Assembly (NCBI RefSeq): GCF_001194135.2
Contig: NC_069004.1
Location: 33,646,113-33,710,112, forward strand
Direction: 5' to 3'
Source of the DNA: Octopus bimaculoides
Taxonomy: Eukaryota
DNA: 64,000 nt
Both the position numbers and the translations under genes were made by a program. The notes beneath the pieces are model-generated. The model was not told the DNA's origin. It did no database searches and saw only the letters and a program-made list of their open reading frames with translations. Below, in pieces: positions 1 through 13,039 of the stretch; position 1 is the stretch's first letter, and each line of letters opens with the position of its first letter.

Positions 1-165
1 GTTTTTCAGGTATATTGTACCCCAGATAATGCTATTCCTATTTAAAAAAGCAGTTTGGCTTAAGAGACCAATAGGATAAGTACTAGGCTTACAAAAAATA
101 AGTCCTGGGGTTGATGTGTTCGACTAAAGGTGGTGCTCCAGCATGGCCACAGTAAAAGAATAAAA

Positions 166-210
<45 letters not shown>

Positions 211-1484
211 AACTATGTAGTAAATATGTGTGTGTGTGTGCAGGGGTGCCTTTTGGTGTTTGTCTCCCACCACTTGTCAACTGATGTTGCTTATGTCCCC
301 TGATGACTTAGTAGTTCGGCAAAAGGAGGCTGATAGAATATTAAGTACCAGATTCTAAAAATAGGTGCAGGAGTCAAAAAAACCTTTCAAGATGGTGCCC
401 CAGCATGGCCACTATCTAATGACTAAACCAAGTAAAACAATGAAATTGTGGGTCAACTCAATTTTGGTGACCTGAGGGTTAAACAAAAAAAAAATTGATT
501 TGACTAGAAGAACAAAAAAAAAACCCAACAAGAACAAAAACAAAAGACAAAAACGAAATGATATAAAATTCCTTCGTGTAATATTGTATTAAAAGTATTT
601 AAGGATGTCTAAAAGTGAATGACATGTGACCTTCATATTGTGGGAAGAGGAAAGGAAGGAGAAAAAGAAGAGCAAAAAGGAGACCCCCCCCCCCGGTATG
701 TAAAATGAAGTCAATTCCTGTCTTTGTCAATCCATGTGTGTGTGTGTGTGTATGTGTGGGTGTGTGTATGTGTGTGTGTGTATGTGTGTGTGTGTATGGC
801 TTGTGTTTGTGTGTATGGATGTGTGTGAGTGTTTATGGTCTGTATGGTGAATGTGTGTGTGTGTGTATGGATGTGTGTGTGTATGGATGTGTGTGAGTGT
901 TCATGGTCTGTATGGTGAATGTGTGTGTGTGTGTGTGTGTGTTTATGGTCTGTATAGTGAGTGTGTGTGTGTGTGTGGTTATGGTTTGTATGGTGAGTGT
1001 GTTTGCATGTGTGTGGGTCTGTGTGGGTGCATGTGTGATTGTGTAAATATGCATATGAGCATGTATGTATATTTATGTATGTGTGTGTAAGTGTGTGTTG
1101 TGTGTATGTGTGTGTGTCTGTGAGTGAGTATATGCATGTGTACATGTATGCATGCAAGTTTGTGTGTGTGCGTGTCTATGTAACTGTATATACACATGAA
1201 TATATGCATGTGTGTGTATGTATGAGCATGAAAGTGTGTGTGTGTCTATTTATCTGTATGTGTGTGTACACGAGTGTATGTATGTATGTGTGTGTGTGTG
1301 TATGTAAATGTGTAGGAGGTCCAGATTCCTGAGAGGCAGTGAGTTCTTTCTAAACTAACAAGGGTGGGGGAAAGGGAGCCACCAGTTTGTGACCTCTTGC
1401 AGACAGAAAATAGGGAGTCTGGCAATGTTCCCATCACAATTGGGGTTCCTCTCCTGCTTGATTGAAGTATTACTGTGAACTACC

Positions 1485-1516
<32 letters not shown>

Positions 1517-2923
1517 CAACAACAACAACCACCAATGTACCAACCATCAACCCCTAACCACCAACCAACACCATCAACCCTAACCCTAACCCTCTCCACC
1601 CCATCACCACAACTTTTGCTCCAGCCCACCCATCCACCCACCTTCCCCATCTTCACTGAATTCTCTTCCTCTCAGCACTACCCCCCCCCCATGACAAATT
1701 ATTGGCTCAGTTTTCTTCCACACAGAAATACCAGACAGGAGTGTCAGACATGCAGCCTGTGGGCTAGGTCTGGCCTGTTGCAATGCTTAGTCCAGGCCCC
1801 AGTTCAGTTTTATTAGGGGGAAAAAAAAATCTCTTTATTTTAAATTATTCTGTAAAACATATAAGACTAGTATACGTTCAGAGTTGGGGTCTGACTAATG
1901 AAAATGAAGCTTATGAATCCATATACTAAAAGATATGACTTATTTTGCCTTCACTTTTTCAATACACAATGAGCTAAACGGAAGTTATATTTTTCTCATA
2001 AATTTATGCATATGTTGATCCAAACACATTCTAGTGATAGGAACATTATTAAAAGGTTCCGCAACTGAAATAATGCAAGATTTCTATTAAGCATTGATCA
2101 CACATGTGCGCACACACGTGCACACACACACATAAATATATCTGTGTGTGGGTGTCTGATGTGTCTTTGTCTCCCACTACCATTCATTTCACTAGAAACA
2201 CGTCAAGGTGGTGCCCCAGCATGGCCACAGCCTAGTGACCAAAACAAGTAAAAGACAAAAGATATAATACACCCACACACACACACACACTCATACACTT
2301 ATATATAGATTCAGCTTGTGACCTCCTTGCCTCCGTTGACAACTATATGACTATAAACGCAGCACCTTAACCCCTAAACTTAATGTGGATCTCGTATTTC
2401 AGTTATACGAGAAATAACCATAAAGCACATATTTTCTATTTGGGTTTTTAATATTTGCCAGACTGTCTTTAGAGGGAAAATAAAAACAACAGGTTTTATA
2501 TAAAATTCCTCTCTCTCTTTCGCACACACAATGACATTTGCACATACACACACACACGAACACACCAAAACACACTCGAATTAATACTCAGATTTTAAAT
2601 TTACAAGCCTTGTTTTCTCATTAGTGGGTGTATCACAGCTTTCTAATTAATTATTATTAAGCTATGAACGAAAGTCTTAAATGCATCCAGAATCACAAAC
2701 AGATGGACGTTTCTTTCAGTTTTCTTCTTAACCCTTGTGCCAGTGGGCCTTGGAGGTTGCTGTGACGGCTGGAGAGAGAGAGAGAGAGATGGTAGGGACC
2801 CTGTCTCATGAAGGTCACTGGTAGCTCTCACTGCACACGCAACCATGTGCTGTCATCTATTGGTGCACTACAGAACTAGTCCAAGAACTTTTCCATACCA
2901 CCTTGTAAATAAAGTGACTGGTA

Positions 2924-2961
<38 letters not shown>

Positions 2962-2962
<1 letters not shown>

Positions 2963-3352
2963 ATCATCATCATCATCATCGTTTAACGTCCGCTTTCCAT
3001 GCTAGCATGGGTTGGACAATTTGACTGAGGACTGGTGAAACCGGATGGCAACACCAGGCTCCAATCTAATTTGGCAGAGTTTCTACAGCTGGATGCCCTT
3101 CCTAACGCCAACCACTCAGAGAGTATAGTGGGTGCTTTTACGTGTCACCCGCACGAAAACGGCCACGCTCGAAATGGTGTCTTTTATGTGCCACCCGCAC
3201 AAGCCAGTCCAGGGGCACTGGCAACGATCTCGCTCGAAAATCCTACGGGAGCCAGTCAGGCGGTACTGGCAACGGCCACGCTCAAAATGGTGCATCTCAT
3301 GTGCCACCCGCACAAGAACCAGTCCAGGGGCACTGGCAACGATCTTACTTGG
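2962..3352 (-). mobile_element. Family 3 retroposon copy, 5'-truncated
   Basis: (ATC)n tail abutting (AT)n; internal subunit repeats. Confidence 0.8.
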
Positions 3353-3616
3353 CATCCAGCCATAGAAACCATACAGACAAAGGTGCTTGGTGTGTTCCTC
3401 TAGTTTACAGCTTCTATCAAGCTTTCCAACCCATGCCAGTAGAGGGAAGATGGATGTTAAATGGTGATGAGGAATCCTTTCTTCTCTGAGCAGCAATGAA
3501 CCAGTAAAAGACGATATTATTGACTTTGAACAGGACCCCCCCCCCCAAAAAAAAAGAGAAGTTAATTTTGGAAAAGTTCAGCTGGATGTCAGGCAGTTGG
3601 GTATGAATCGATTACA

Positions 3617-3669
3617 GCTCCCTCTGGCTCCCTCTGGCTCCCTCTGGCTCCCTCTGGCTCCCTCTGGCT
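3617..3669. repeat. Perfect 10-bp minisatellite (GCTCCCTCTG)x5
   Basis: Read directly from the sequence. Confidence 0.95.
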
Positions 3670-4458
3670 TGGTTATGCAAGTAAAAAAAACACATATGTT
3701 TGCGAAACAGCATTCTCTGCAATTCTGAATCCCAAAATCAAAATGGAGAAACCAATTTTGTGTTTTGGATGACATGCGCATAACCTTATCAGAAACGGTA
3801 ATCTGATTCCATGTTTTGATTCCAGAGAAAATAGCCGCAAAAACCTCACTAGATTAATAACACTCCATGTTATTATGTAACCAAAACATTATGGAGTTGT
3901 CCATTTTGCTTTATTTACATCTGTGTTTTTTTTTGTATTTTCTTTTGTTTTTTTCTTTGTTTTTGTTTTTTTACCCCAACTAAAACTACAAAAATAGTAA
4001 ATTGTATTGATTTATAATTTGAAACAGATGCTCCCAAATCATGTTGTAAAATCATTTGTGACTTAACTTCTATATTTGTTTGTGTTATTTACACCGTTCC
4101 CCCAGAAATAAATTGGACAAATTCCTTGTGATTTTCTTTCCGGTTCTGTTTGTGGTTAACCATAAATAAAACGAAGTTTTTGACATCGTTTGAAGTCATA
4201 CTGACAACATTAAAAGGGGTGGTGGTGGTGATGATGATGATGGTGAAGGTGATGATGTTGATGGTGGTGGTGGTTGTTGATGATGGTGAAGGTGATGATG
4301 ATGACAATGATGACGATGATGATGATGGTGGTGGTGGTGGTGATAATGATGATGATGTAGGTGCTGATGATGATGATGAGGATGATGGTGATGATGAAGT
4401 TACTGACAATGATGATGACGACGATGATGATGATGCCAGCAGTAATTGTGATGATGAT

Positions 4459-4493
<35 letters not shown>

Positions 4494-5072
4494 TGATGAT
4501 GATTTTGACAGTCTGGTGAAGGAGATACATGCTTTGGTAAGTGGTGGGGGCCGGCAGAGTCTGGAATTATTAGAAGTTAAGACCCCCACCCGCTGCTGCA
4601 ATAAGACTGAAACATGTCATGGGTTGTCTCCCTTATTCGAGGAAACTATTAGTCATAATGTGTTAATGTTGTTGTTTCAACTCCCCCCTCCCTCCCTCCA
4701 CATTATATATTTGATGCACGCTACATTAAATGTGAGTGACGATGGCAGATGTTAATATAAGCAGCAACACACACACACACACACACGCACACACACATGT
4801 GGTAATACACACACACTCTGACATTAACCCCCCCCCCCCAAATTGAAACAACAGCAATCATAACAACACATACAATATATGAACCAAACAAGGAGACACT
4901 GAGGGTTGCTAGAAATAGCAGCAGCTACAACTTCCTCGAATCTTACTTGATCTTCTAATCCATTACCATAGCAACTGAAGTCCATAAACAAGAGACAAAA
5001 ACTGTTACATCAGGTGGACAACACCCATACACCCCCCACATACCCTCCCTCAAACACACGCATTCATATACA

Positions 5073-5246
5073 CATTAGCATAGCTGGAGGGGGGAGGCAG
5101 GGGGTAGGGGCAGTCCACTCTGGGTGGCACTTTTAAAGGGGAACCACTTTTGGGTCTGCTGTAGGCAATATGTGTTTTTTGAGGGGTCTGGGGGGCAGCA
5201 AACGGAAGGGCTGCTCCAGGTGACACACACTCTAGCTACGCTAGTG
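5073..5246. mobile_element. Short TIR MITE (CACTAGCGTAGCTAGA-type ends); second copy at 61638-61818
   Basis: 13/16-nt terminal inverted match; internal GGCACTTTTAAAGGG...CAAACGGAAGG...CACACTCTAGCTAC shared by both copies. Confidence 0.65.
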
Positions 5247-5305
5247 CATATACATATATATACGCACACATGCACACACTCATACATACTCACATATAAA
5301 GGCAC

Positions 5306-5339
<34 letters not shown>

Positions 5340-6163
5340 GTAAAGTAAGTTAAAGAACCCCTTTTGTCATGAACGACCATGGGATTGCACCTAGAAAGTT
5401 TCCTTCCAAGGCACAAGTCCAGGAAAGGTTGTTTATGGAAGACCAGCAGTCACACATGCATCCCAGCCTCCCCTCTCCACACCACTGATGTTATCCAAGG
5501 GAAAGGCAAAGGGGCCGATACAGCTTGGCACCAGTGATGTCCACTTATCTATGCTTGCTTGGTTCTGGCAGGATTTGTAGAGGCAGATTTTACTATGGTT
5601 CGATGCTCTTGCTCTCACTAACCCTCCTTTCCTGCTTCCGAGCAAGGTATTATTTTTCTGTAGTCAGACATGTTTTTCACAGAAGACTGGGACTGACCAG
5701 CTCACTCATGATGGAGATAATCACTTACAATCATGCATTGTTAAACAAGGGTACACACACGCACACACACACGCGCGTGTGTGCACACGGTGGGCTTGGC
5801 TTCTTTCAATTTCCATGTTCGAAATCCACCCACAAAGCTTTGGCCGGTCCAGGGTTATAGAAGAAGACACTTGCTTGAGATGCTACGCAATGGGACCGAA
5901 ACCCAGGAGCATGGTTGCTATTTCTAGCAGGCAGAGCAACCTCATAGAGGCCTCTCTCATATGCTATGCTGTTATGCCGATGGGGGTTGATGAGGGTGGT
6001 GTGATGGCCCTCTTGAGGGTTTAAGTAGCTCATCTAGATAGAATATCATTGATAAACCGTATCTAACATGTAACTACACATGCTGTGCAGTGGGCGCAAT
6101 GGGTGTAATGCTGTGCAAGCTATCAAACGCCTATGAACATGTGCGTGTATGTACATATGTATA

Positions 6164-6207
<44 letters not shown>

Positions 6208-6790
6208 TTTGTGTGTGTGGGAAGGTGGTAGTGTAGGTCTGTAGGCATGCGTTTGTTTAAAAACAAGAGATACGCCAGCTTGCACTTTATCACCAGAGTG
6301 CATAGCGACAGATGCTGCAGTCAGGATGAAGAGAGCGTAAAAACGTACATCCGTNNNNNNNNNNNNNNNNNNNNNNNNNNNNNNNNNNNNNNNNNNNNNN
6401 NNNNNNNNNNNNNNNNNNNNNNNNNNNNNNNNNNNNNNNNNNNNNNNNNNNNNNNNNNNNNNNNNNNNNNNNNNNNNNNNNNNNNNNNNNNNNNNNNNNN
6501 NNNNNNNNNNNNNNNNNNNNNNNNNNNNNNNNNNNNNNNNNNNNNNNNNNNNNNNNNNNNNNNNNNNNNNNNNNNNNNNNNNNNNNNNNNNNNNNNNNNN
6601 NNNNNNNNCAAGCATAGATTCAGAAGTGGCTGTGAGGTAAGAAGCTTGCTTTTTCAACAATGTGGGCCTAGGTTCAATCCCACTACATGGTACTTTGGGC
6701 AAAGGTTTTCAAATATAGCCACAAGCTGGCCAACGCCTTCTGAGTGAATTTTGTAGATGGAAACTGAAAGAAACTCATGTGCATGTGTGC

Positions 6791-6850
<60 letters not shown>

Positions 6851-7766
6851 ATATATATATGCTTTTATTCTTTTACTTATTTCAGTCGTTTGATTGTGGC
6901 CATGCTGGAGCACCGCCTTAAAAGGTTTCTGGTAGAAGAAATCAACCCCAGGACTTATTCTTTGTAAGCCTAGTACTTATCCTATTGGTTTCTTTTGCTG
7001 AACCACTAAGTTATGAGGACACACAGCCACGCCTGCACAATCAGTGTGTGTGTGTGGAGCAAGAGTTAACTTAAGGAGTTCAAAAATGGCCTCGAGAGGG
7101 TCTCCATGTGGACAGTCAACATGCTAGATATAGTAGCCAGGGTCTCCTTTAAATTATGTGTACATGTGATTTTATTAAGAAAGGGAAGACATTTGGGATA
7201 ATGTAGTCCAAGATACATCGAAATGTCTTTTTCTATGGGATGGTCATGGCAGTAATGCCTTTGGTCATAGGTCTACTCAATTCAGAACGGGTCTGGGGGA
7301 GAGGAACCAAAAGCTGCTGCTGCTACTACTACTACTACAACTAATACTATGACTAACACTACTGCTGCTGCCCCCCCCCTCACTACTAGTACAACAGCAG
7401 TGACAAAGACAACAATAACTGCAACAACAACAACAACAACAACAACAGCAGCAGCAGCAGTTAACTGGGAATTACTGTTTGGTGGTGTGTCATAAACAAC
7501 CCATTTGGCNNNNNNNNNNNNNNNNNNNNNNNNNNNNNNNNNNNNNNNNNNNNNNNNNNNNNNNNNNNNNNNNNNNNNNNNNNNNNNNNNNNNNNNNNNN
7601 NNNNNNNNNNNNNNNNNNNNNNNNNNNNNNNNNNNNNNNNNNNNNNNNNNNNNNNNNNNNNNNNNNNNNNNNNNNNNNNNNNNNNNNNNNNNNNNNNNNN
7701 NNNNNNNNNNNNNNNNNNNNNNNNNNNNNNNNNNNNNNNNNNNNNNNNNNNNNNNNNNNNNNNNNN

Positions 7767-7832
7767 CCGCTTTTCTTCTATGGATTCTCAAGATAAAATG
7801 GTGCCTGGGCTGCTGACAGATATAGGTGTGTT
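7767..7832 (-). CDS. Candidate downstream exon, runs into N gap
   Basis: Very strong minus-strand acceptor (T-run)GCCCTCTCTGTCTGTTTTAG|. With phase 1 from the 9359 exon it reads K-HTYICQQPRHHFILRIHRRKA, open to the gap. Confidence 0.4.
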
Positions 7833-8160
7833 CTAAAACAGACAGAGAGGGCAAAAAAAAAAAAACAATCAACAGGCAGGTAGAGAGTTTTGGTGGGGAG
7901 ACATCATTCTGAAGGGACCCACCCTGGATCTGGAGTTGCAGATGGAGGGAGGCCCCTTCTCAGTTGCATGACATTCTAAAAATAGAAGCCAAATCACCAT
8001 TAAATCCCATTCCAGAGGATCTTTTAAGAATAGGTCATCAGGAGACATGCATTTTCAGGATAAGTTTACCATGACCCTTTTGAAACCAACCTGCCTGAAA
8101 AGGGTTGCTACAAAACCAGCCACAAAATCCCCTTCACATTCCACTCCAGAGGGCCTTTAA

Positions 8161-8212
8161 AAATCCCACCCTGGAGATTCAAATCTCACCCTGGAGATTC
8201 AAATCTCACCCT
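8161..8212. repeat. 20-bp tandem repeat (AAATCTCACCCTGGAGATTC) x2.6
   Basis: Read directly; unit junctions form GAGAT-TCAA-ATCTC mini-hairpins. Confidence 0.9.
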
Positions 8213-8350
8213 AAAGGATTCTTTTAAAGTAGATTTTCAGGACATGTGCATCTCTAAGGAGAACTTAATTTTAGATTACAGTTTGCCAAACCCTTTCAAT
8301 ACTAACCTTCCTGATACCAACCCTCTATGAGACAAACTCTGTTTTAAATG

Positions 8351-8650
8351 AAAACTTTCCATCAAGATTCCACGTTAATTTAGGTTCCAAACACCAGCTT
8401 AATACAAAGTTATTTTGGTAAATTCTTCATTATTTAAAAGATTAATTGAAACAAAGTCAGTACACATTTCAACAGAATATGGTAACAAAAGAGCTGAAGT
8501 GATCTAAATTAAAACCTTCCATCAAAATGTCATTAATTCAGGTTCCAAACGTCAGCTTAATTCAAAGTTATTTTGGTAAATTCTTCATTATTTTAAAAAT
8601 TAATCACAACAAAGGAAGAATATTTCAACAGAAATGTGACAACAAAAGGT
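8351..8650 (+). repeat. Tandem duplication of a ~160-bp unit
   Basis: AAAACTTTCCATCAA...GGTTCCAAAC...CAAAGTTATTTTGGTAAATTCTTCATTATTT...ATTTCAACAGAA occurs twice. Confidence 0.8.
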
Positions 8651-8862
8651 TTAACCATTTTGCATATGAACCAGACATATCCCTGCTGTATGTTCAAACT
8701 GGCCAGATCTGGCCTGTCACACCTACCCTACAATATCATTTTAAGAAAAAACAGTCGCATCATCAAAATCTCAAAGCTGTGAGATAATGCACGATCAATT
8801 CAAAACAGTGTGAATAAATAAACATTGCGTTTGATAGAGAAATCTGAAGGCTAAAGGGTCAA
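8651..8862 (+). mobile_element. piggyBac-like MITE
   Basis: TTAACC...GCTAAAGGGT(C)AA termini (TTAA-type); homologous partial copies at 9660-9780 and 52620-52830 (ends GCTAAAGGGTTAA). Confidence 0.65.
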
Positions 8863-9358
8863 GGTGCTGACCAGTGGTCTAAAGTATTGGACTCTTTGGT
8901 GAACCAAAGTGATGGACAGTCAAATAATCCATTGTTTGACTGACCATACTGATGGTGGGTTAAGGTGCTGGACAATACAAGTGACCATAGTGTCAGACCA
9001 GTGACTTAAAAACATAGACTATCTAGGTGGCCATAGTGACCCAATCCAGGAATTGAAACCGCAATCTTACAATCATGAATCCAACACCCTAACCACTAAA
9101 CTATGCCCCTCCACTTGCGATGATGATGATATTTATTTACAACCACCACATAATGCCAAGACAAGGGTACACACACACACACACATGTTTATAGCAAGCT
9201 TCTTTCAATTTCCATCTACCAAATCGAATCACAAAGCTTTGGTTGATAGTAGAAGACACTTGCCCCAGGTGCTGTGCAGTGGAACTGAACCCAAGACCAC
9301 ACAGTTGGGAGGCAAGTTTAAAAAAACACAATAAAACAAATCCAAACAAACAACTTAC

Positions 9359-9606
9359 TTTTCACTGCCCGTCCAGACAGGTCGTTCCCTCTTCGTATAG
9401 ACTTGCTCTGTAGAACGGTCATACATTCCATCTCTGTAGAGAACCGTAGTTCCATCATCCACACCATCACGGCGCTTCCCGAAGTAGTCTCCACACTGCT
9501 TGTTGTCCCTCCCCCGTTACTGCTGACCACACTGCCGATACTGCCGGAACTGGACATACTGAAAGCAGCTGACATACTTGGTCTGCTTATTGACGACTCT
9601 TTGTCA
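9359..9606 (-). CDS. Probable internal coding exon of an unidentified gene (Ser/Gly/Thr-rich: DKESSISRPSMSAAFSMSSSGSIGSVVSSNGGGTTSSVETTSGSAVMVWMMELRF...GRAVK)
   Basis: Unique ~50% GC sequence in AT-rich surroundings. Minus-strand acceptor TTTTTGTTTTTGTATTCCAG| and donor |GTAAGT; 248 nt; one frame fully open (phase 2 in, phase 1 out). Product not recognised. Confidence 0.6.
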
Positions 9607-9998
9607 CTGGAATACAAAAACAAAAACAAAAAAAAATTAAAAAACTGTGATTATCACCGACCCTTTAGCATTTGAATTGGCCAGATCTGGCCTCTCACAC
9701 CGACCCAACAATGTCATTCTAGAAATAAGCAATCACATCAATGATATCTCAAAGCTACAAAATAACGCATGGTTAATACAAAGTAATTCTTTTATTCTTC
9801 TACTTGTTTCAGTCATTTGACTGCGGCCATGCTGGAGCACTGCCTTTAGTCGAAAAAATCGATCCCCAGGACTTATTGTATCGGTCTCTTTTGCCAAACT
9901 GCTAAGTTATGGGGGACGTAAGCACACCAGCATTAGTTGTCAAGCAATGGTGGGGGGGGGACAAACACAGAAACACAAATACACACACACACGCGTGC

Positions 9999-10033
<35 letters not shown>

Positions 10034-10115
10034 TGTGTATGAGCACATGCATGCGTGTGTGTGTGTGTGCATGCATGTGTGTGTGTGTGCATGCATGTGT
10101 GTGTGTGTGTGCATG

Positions 10116-10157
<42 letters not shown>

Positions 10158-10858
10158 TGTGTGCGTACTCGTATGCGCACATGCATGTAAGTGTGTGTGA
10201 CTCTTCTCTACCATTATTACTCTCACCCCTTTCCTAAGCCAAACAGCAATGAACTGAGACAGAAAATAACCCCCTAAATATACAGAGGGGTAAGACGGGG
10301 CCTTTCTACCCCACCTTTATGTCCACCCATCTTTCATAATCCTTCTTCATTTCAGCTTTTTATTTGTTTTATTTCATTTTTACTTATTAATTAGAATAAC
10401 AACTGAAATACTTATTCCACCCACACACACACACAAATGCATGTATTTTACAGACACATATATTTATACAGACAGATGCACATACATATATATATCTACA
10501 TACACATACACTGATTAAAAGCAGAAATAGTCAGGCAGACAGATAGGTAAATGGGTGTTTACTTTTAAGCGCTACTGTATTTCATGTACACCTTGAATCT
10601 TGCTAGATTTCGGTAAAATAAATAATCAGGGAAAGAAATTATACTTTTACACACACACACACCTATTTATATAGAACTCTGTGTGTGTGTGTGTGTGTGT
10701 GTGTTAATAAATGCAAGTTCACCAATAGACTCATCATCCAGTCCATGGTTAACGCAGCCGCCAAACATTAAGACTAGCACCAAACTTTGTGTGTGTGTGT
10801 ATATGTACGCACAGCATGATTTTGCATCTGTACACATCTGATCTCTTCCTCTTACCAT

Positions 10859-10900
<42 letters not shown>

Positions 10901-11121
10901 CAAGTGTGTGTGAGTATACATGTGTGTGTGTATATAAGTGTGTGTGTATAAAAGTGTATGTGTGTGTGTGTATATACATACATATGAGTGTGCACATGTG
11001 TATGATTGTCTGTACAGACAGACAGATAGATAGATATAAAACAAACCAAAGTGGGGGGGGGGTTGAACAATGTTCTACAATATTAACAAAAATGTTGAGA
11101 ATAAATAAATAAATATATATG

Positions 11122-11209
<88 letters not shown>

Positions 11210-11395
11210 TATGTATATAAATAACAAATGAAAGACAGAAGATGGAATATAGGAGTATATATTATTATGTATGTATATATAAAACAAATACAGAATAAAC
11301 AATAAATAATTGTATAAACAATGAAATAAATAAGTAAATAGAAGAATAAGATGAAGAAGAGGCTGGCGGCAGGCCAGGAGTCAGTGTGTATTTAC

Positions 11396-11462
11396 CTAAG
11401 CTCTTATTGCAACCATCTGTGTCAACTGAAAGTCTGCGAGAGCTTAATGAGGATTCCTCATT
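11396..11462 (-). CDS. Candidate 67-nt exon (NEESSLSSRRLSVDTDGCNKSL)
   Basis: Branch-like CTAAT, acceptor TTTTTACCCAATAG|, donor AG|GTAAAT, open frame phase 0 to 1, unique sequence. Confidence 0.35.
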
Positions 11463-12001
11463 CTATTGGGTAAAAACCAATTAGTTAAGCATCATTCCCA
11501 TTACTTAATGAAGGGGCCTTCAGACCCCTTACTAGCAGTTCATTGTCAGTTTAGTGTCCCCACCCATTCATTAGTCATAAAATGAAGGGACAGTGCTCCT
11601 GCGATACTTGCAGATCTTCCCCCGAGACGTCAGCATTTCTCACCCCCCCTGCCCCCAGCTTATGGGTTATGACAAATCCCGCCAGGCTCAGAATAGGGGC
11701 AGGACGGAATCTTTTGCTTTTGATAAAATTTGAGAATCATCATCACCACCATCGTCATAATCATTTGACGTTTATGTTCCATGATTGGAAGAATTGGATG
11801 GTTTGATGGGCTTCGATGGGTCCAAAGACTGCATCAAGTTGTAGCACCTACTTTGGCATGGTTTTCCATGGCTGGATTGCTTTCCTGATGCCAACCACTT
11901 TACAGCATGTGCTGGGTACTTTTCTTGTGCCTTTGGCACTACTGAGGTCACCATGCAGCTCAGAAGCCTACGACAAGACACTTGGACAAGACACTACCAT
12001 C

Positions 12002-12042
<41 letters not shown>

Positions 12043-12043
<1 letters not shown>

Positions 12044-12603
12044 GTTTCATCGTTTAACGTCTGCTTTCCATGCTGGCATGGGTTGGACGGTTTGACTGAG
12101 GGCTAGCAAGCCAGAAGGCTGCACCAGGCTCCAACTTGATCTGGCAAAGTTTCTACAGCTGGATGCCCTTCTTAACACCAACCACTCTGAGAGTATAGTA
12201 GGTGCTTTTACGTGCCACCGGCATGAGGGCCAGTCAGGCAGTACTGGCATTGACCACGCTGAAATGGTTCTTTTTATGTGCCACCTGTACAGGAGCCAGT
12301 CCGGTGGCACTGGCAATGACCACGTTTGAATGGTGTTTTTATGTGTCACTGGCACAGGAGCCACACAGGTGACGCTGGCAATGATCATGCTCGAATGGTG
12401 CTTTTTACGTGCCACCGGCACAGGAACCAGTCAGCGGTCCTGGCAACTATCACGCTCGAATGGTGCTTTCAATGTTTCACTGGCACAAGTGCCAATCAGG
12501 CTGTACTGTCATTGGCCACGACAATAATTTCACTTGCCTCTACAGGTCTTCACAAGTGTAGTTTATTGTCCAATGATTGAAGGGTACTCTTAAATGGGCT
12601 GGT

Positions 12604-12606
<3 letters not shown>
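12043..12606 (-). mobile_element. Family 3 non-autonomous retroposon, apparently full length, with four ~58-bp internal subunits
   Basis: 3' tail CCAACCCATGCCAGCATGGAAAGCAGACGTTAAACGATG shared with many copies (2962-3352, 16425-16640, 18695-18960, 29888-30020, 30190-30800, 34520-34680, 43533-43686, 47965-48160, 49820-50085); no Pol III boxes seen at the 5' end. Confidence 0.8.
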
Positions 12607-12639
<33 letters not shown>

Positions 12640-12734
12640 TTCAGGAAAGGCAGATCCAACAGGAACAGTAATCCAAGGTAACAAGAGATTCCGGCAGTTG
12701 GGTACATCAAATCCAGTAACCTCGTGGGCATCAG

Positions 12735-12870
12735 TACCATTTTCCTCTTTCTCCGTTCTTCCATTCTCCGAACTTTCCATCTTTCCGACGAAGGGCTACG
12801 CCCGAAACGTCATACACTCTCTCTTTCCTTTCCTGAGCATCCAATAATACTATCCATATCACGTCCTCAC
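12735..12870 (+). mobile_element. Penelope-like element terminal repeat with hammerhead-like motif (core 12785-12811)
   Basis: CCGACGA-A-GGGC-TAC-GCCC-GAAA-CGTC; homologous to the 28575-28705 copy including the downstream ...TCACGTCCTCAC. Upstream LGTSNP weakly resembles PLE GIY-YIG C-termini. Confidence 0.6.
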
Positions 12871-12904
12871 TTTGTTGTTTTTTTGTTATTGTGTTTTTTT
12901 TGAA

Positions 12905-12939
<35 letters not shown>

Positions 12940-13007
12940 GGGGATTGTAACAGCTACAAAATCCAGAGTTATAAACCTTATTTCATCAAGGCTGGTCTAG
13001 AACTTAC

Positions 13008-13039
13008 CAACAACAAAAACCTCAGCAGCAGTAAGCTAT
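13008..13039 (-). CDS. Candidate 32-nt micro-exon (SLLLLRFLLL)
   Basis: CTAAT...TAACAG| acceptor and |GTAAGT donor. The only open frame is phase 1 to 0, compatible with the neighbouring candidates. Confidence 0.25.

Noticed and set aside
830-1000. CRISPR-like array
   Set aside because: Spacers are (GT)n, context is eukaryotic, no cas genes.
4080-4165. NKLDKFLVIFFPVLFVV resembling a Cys-loop receptor TM4
   Set aside because: Short, bounded by stops, no other receptor segments found in the window.
4150-4536. Asp-rich + strand ORF ending at a GTAAGT donor (…DFDSLVKEIHAL|)
   Set aside because: Mostly (GAT)n/(GGT)n microsatellite, no convincing acceptor, opposite strand to the best exon.
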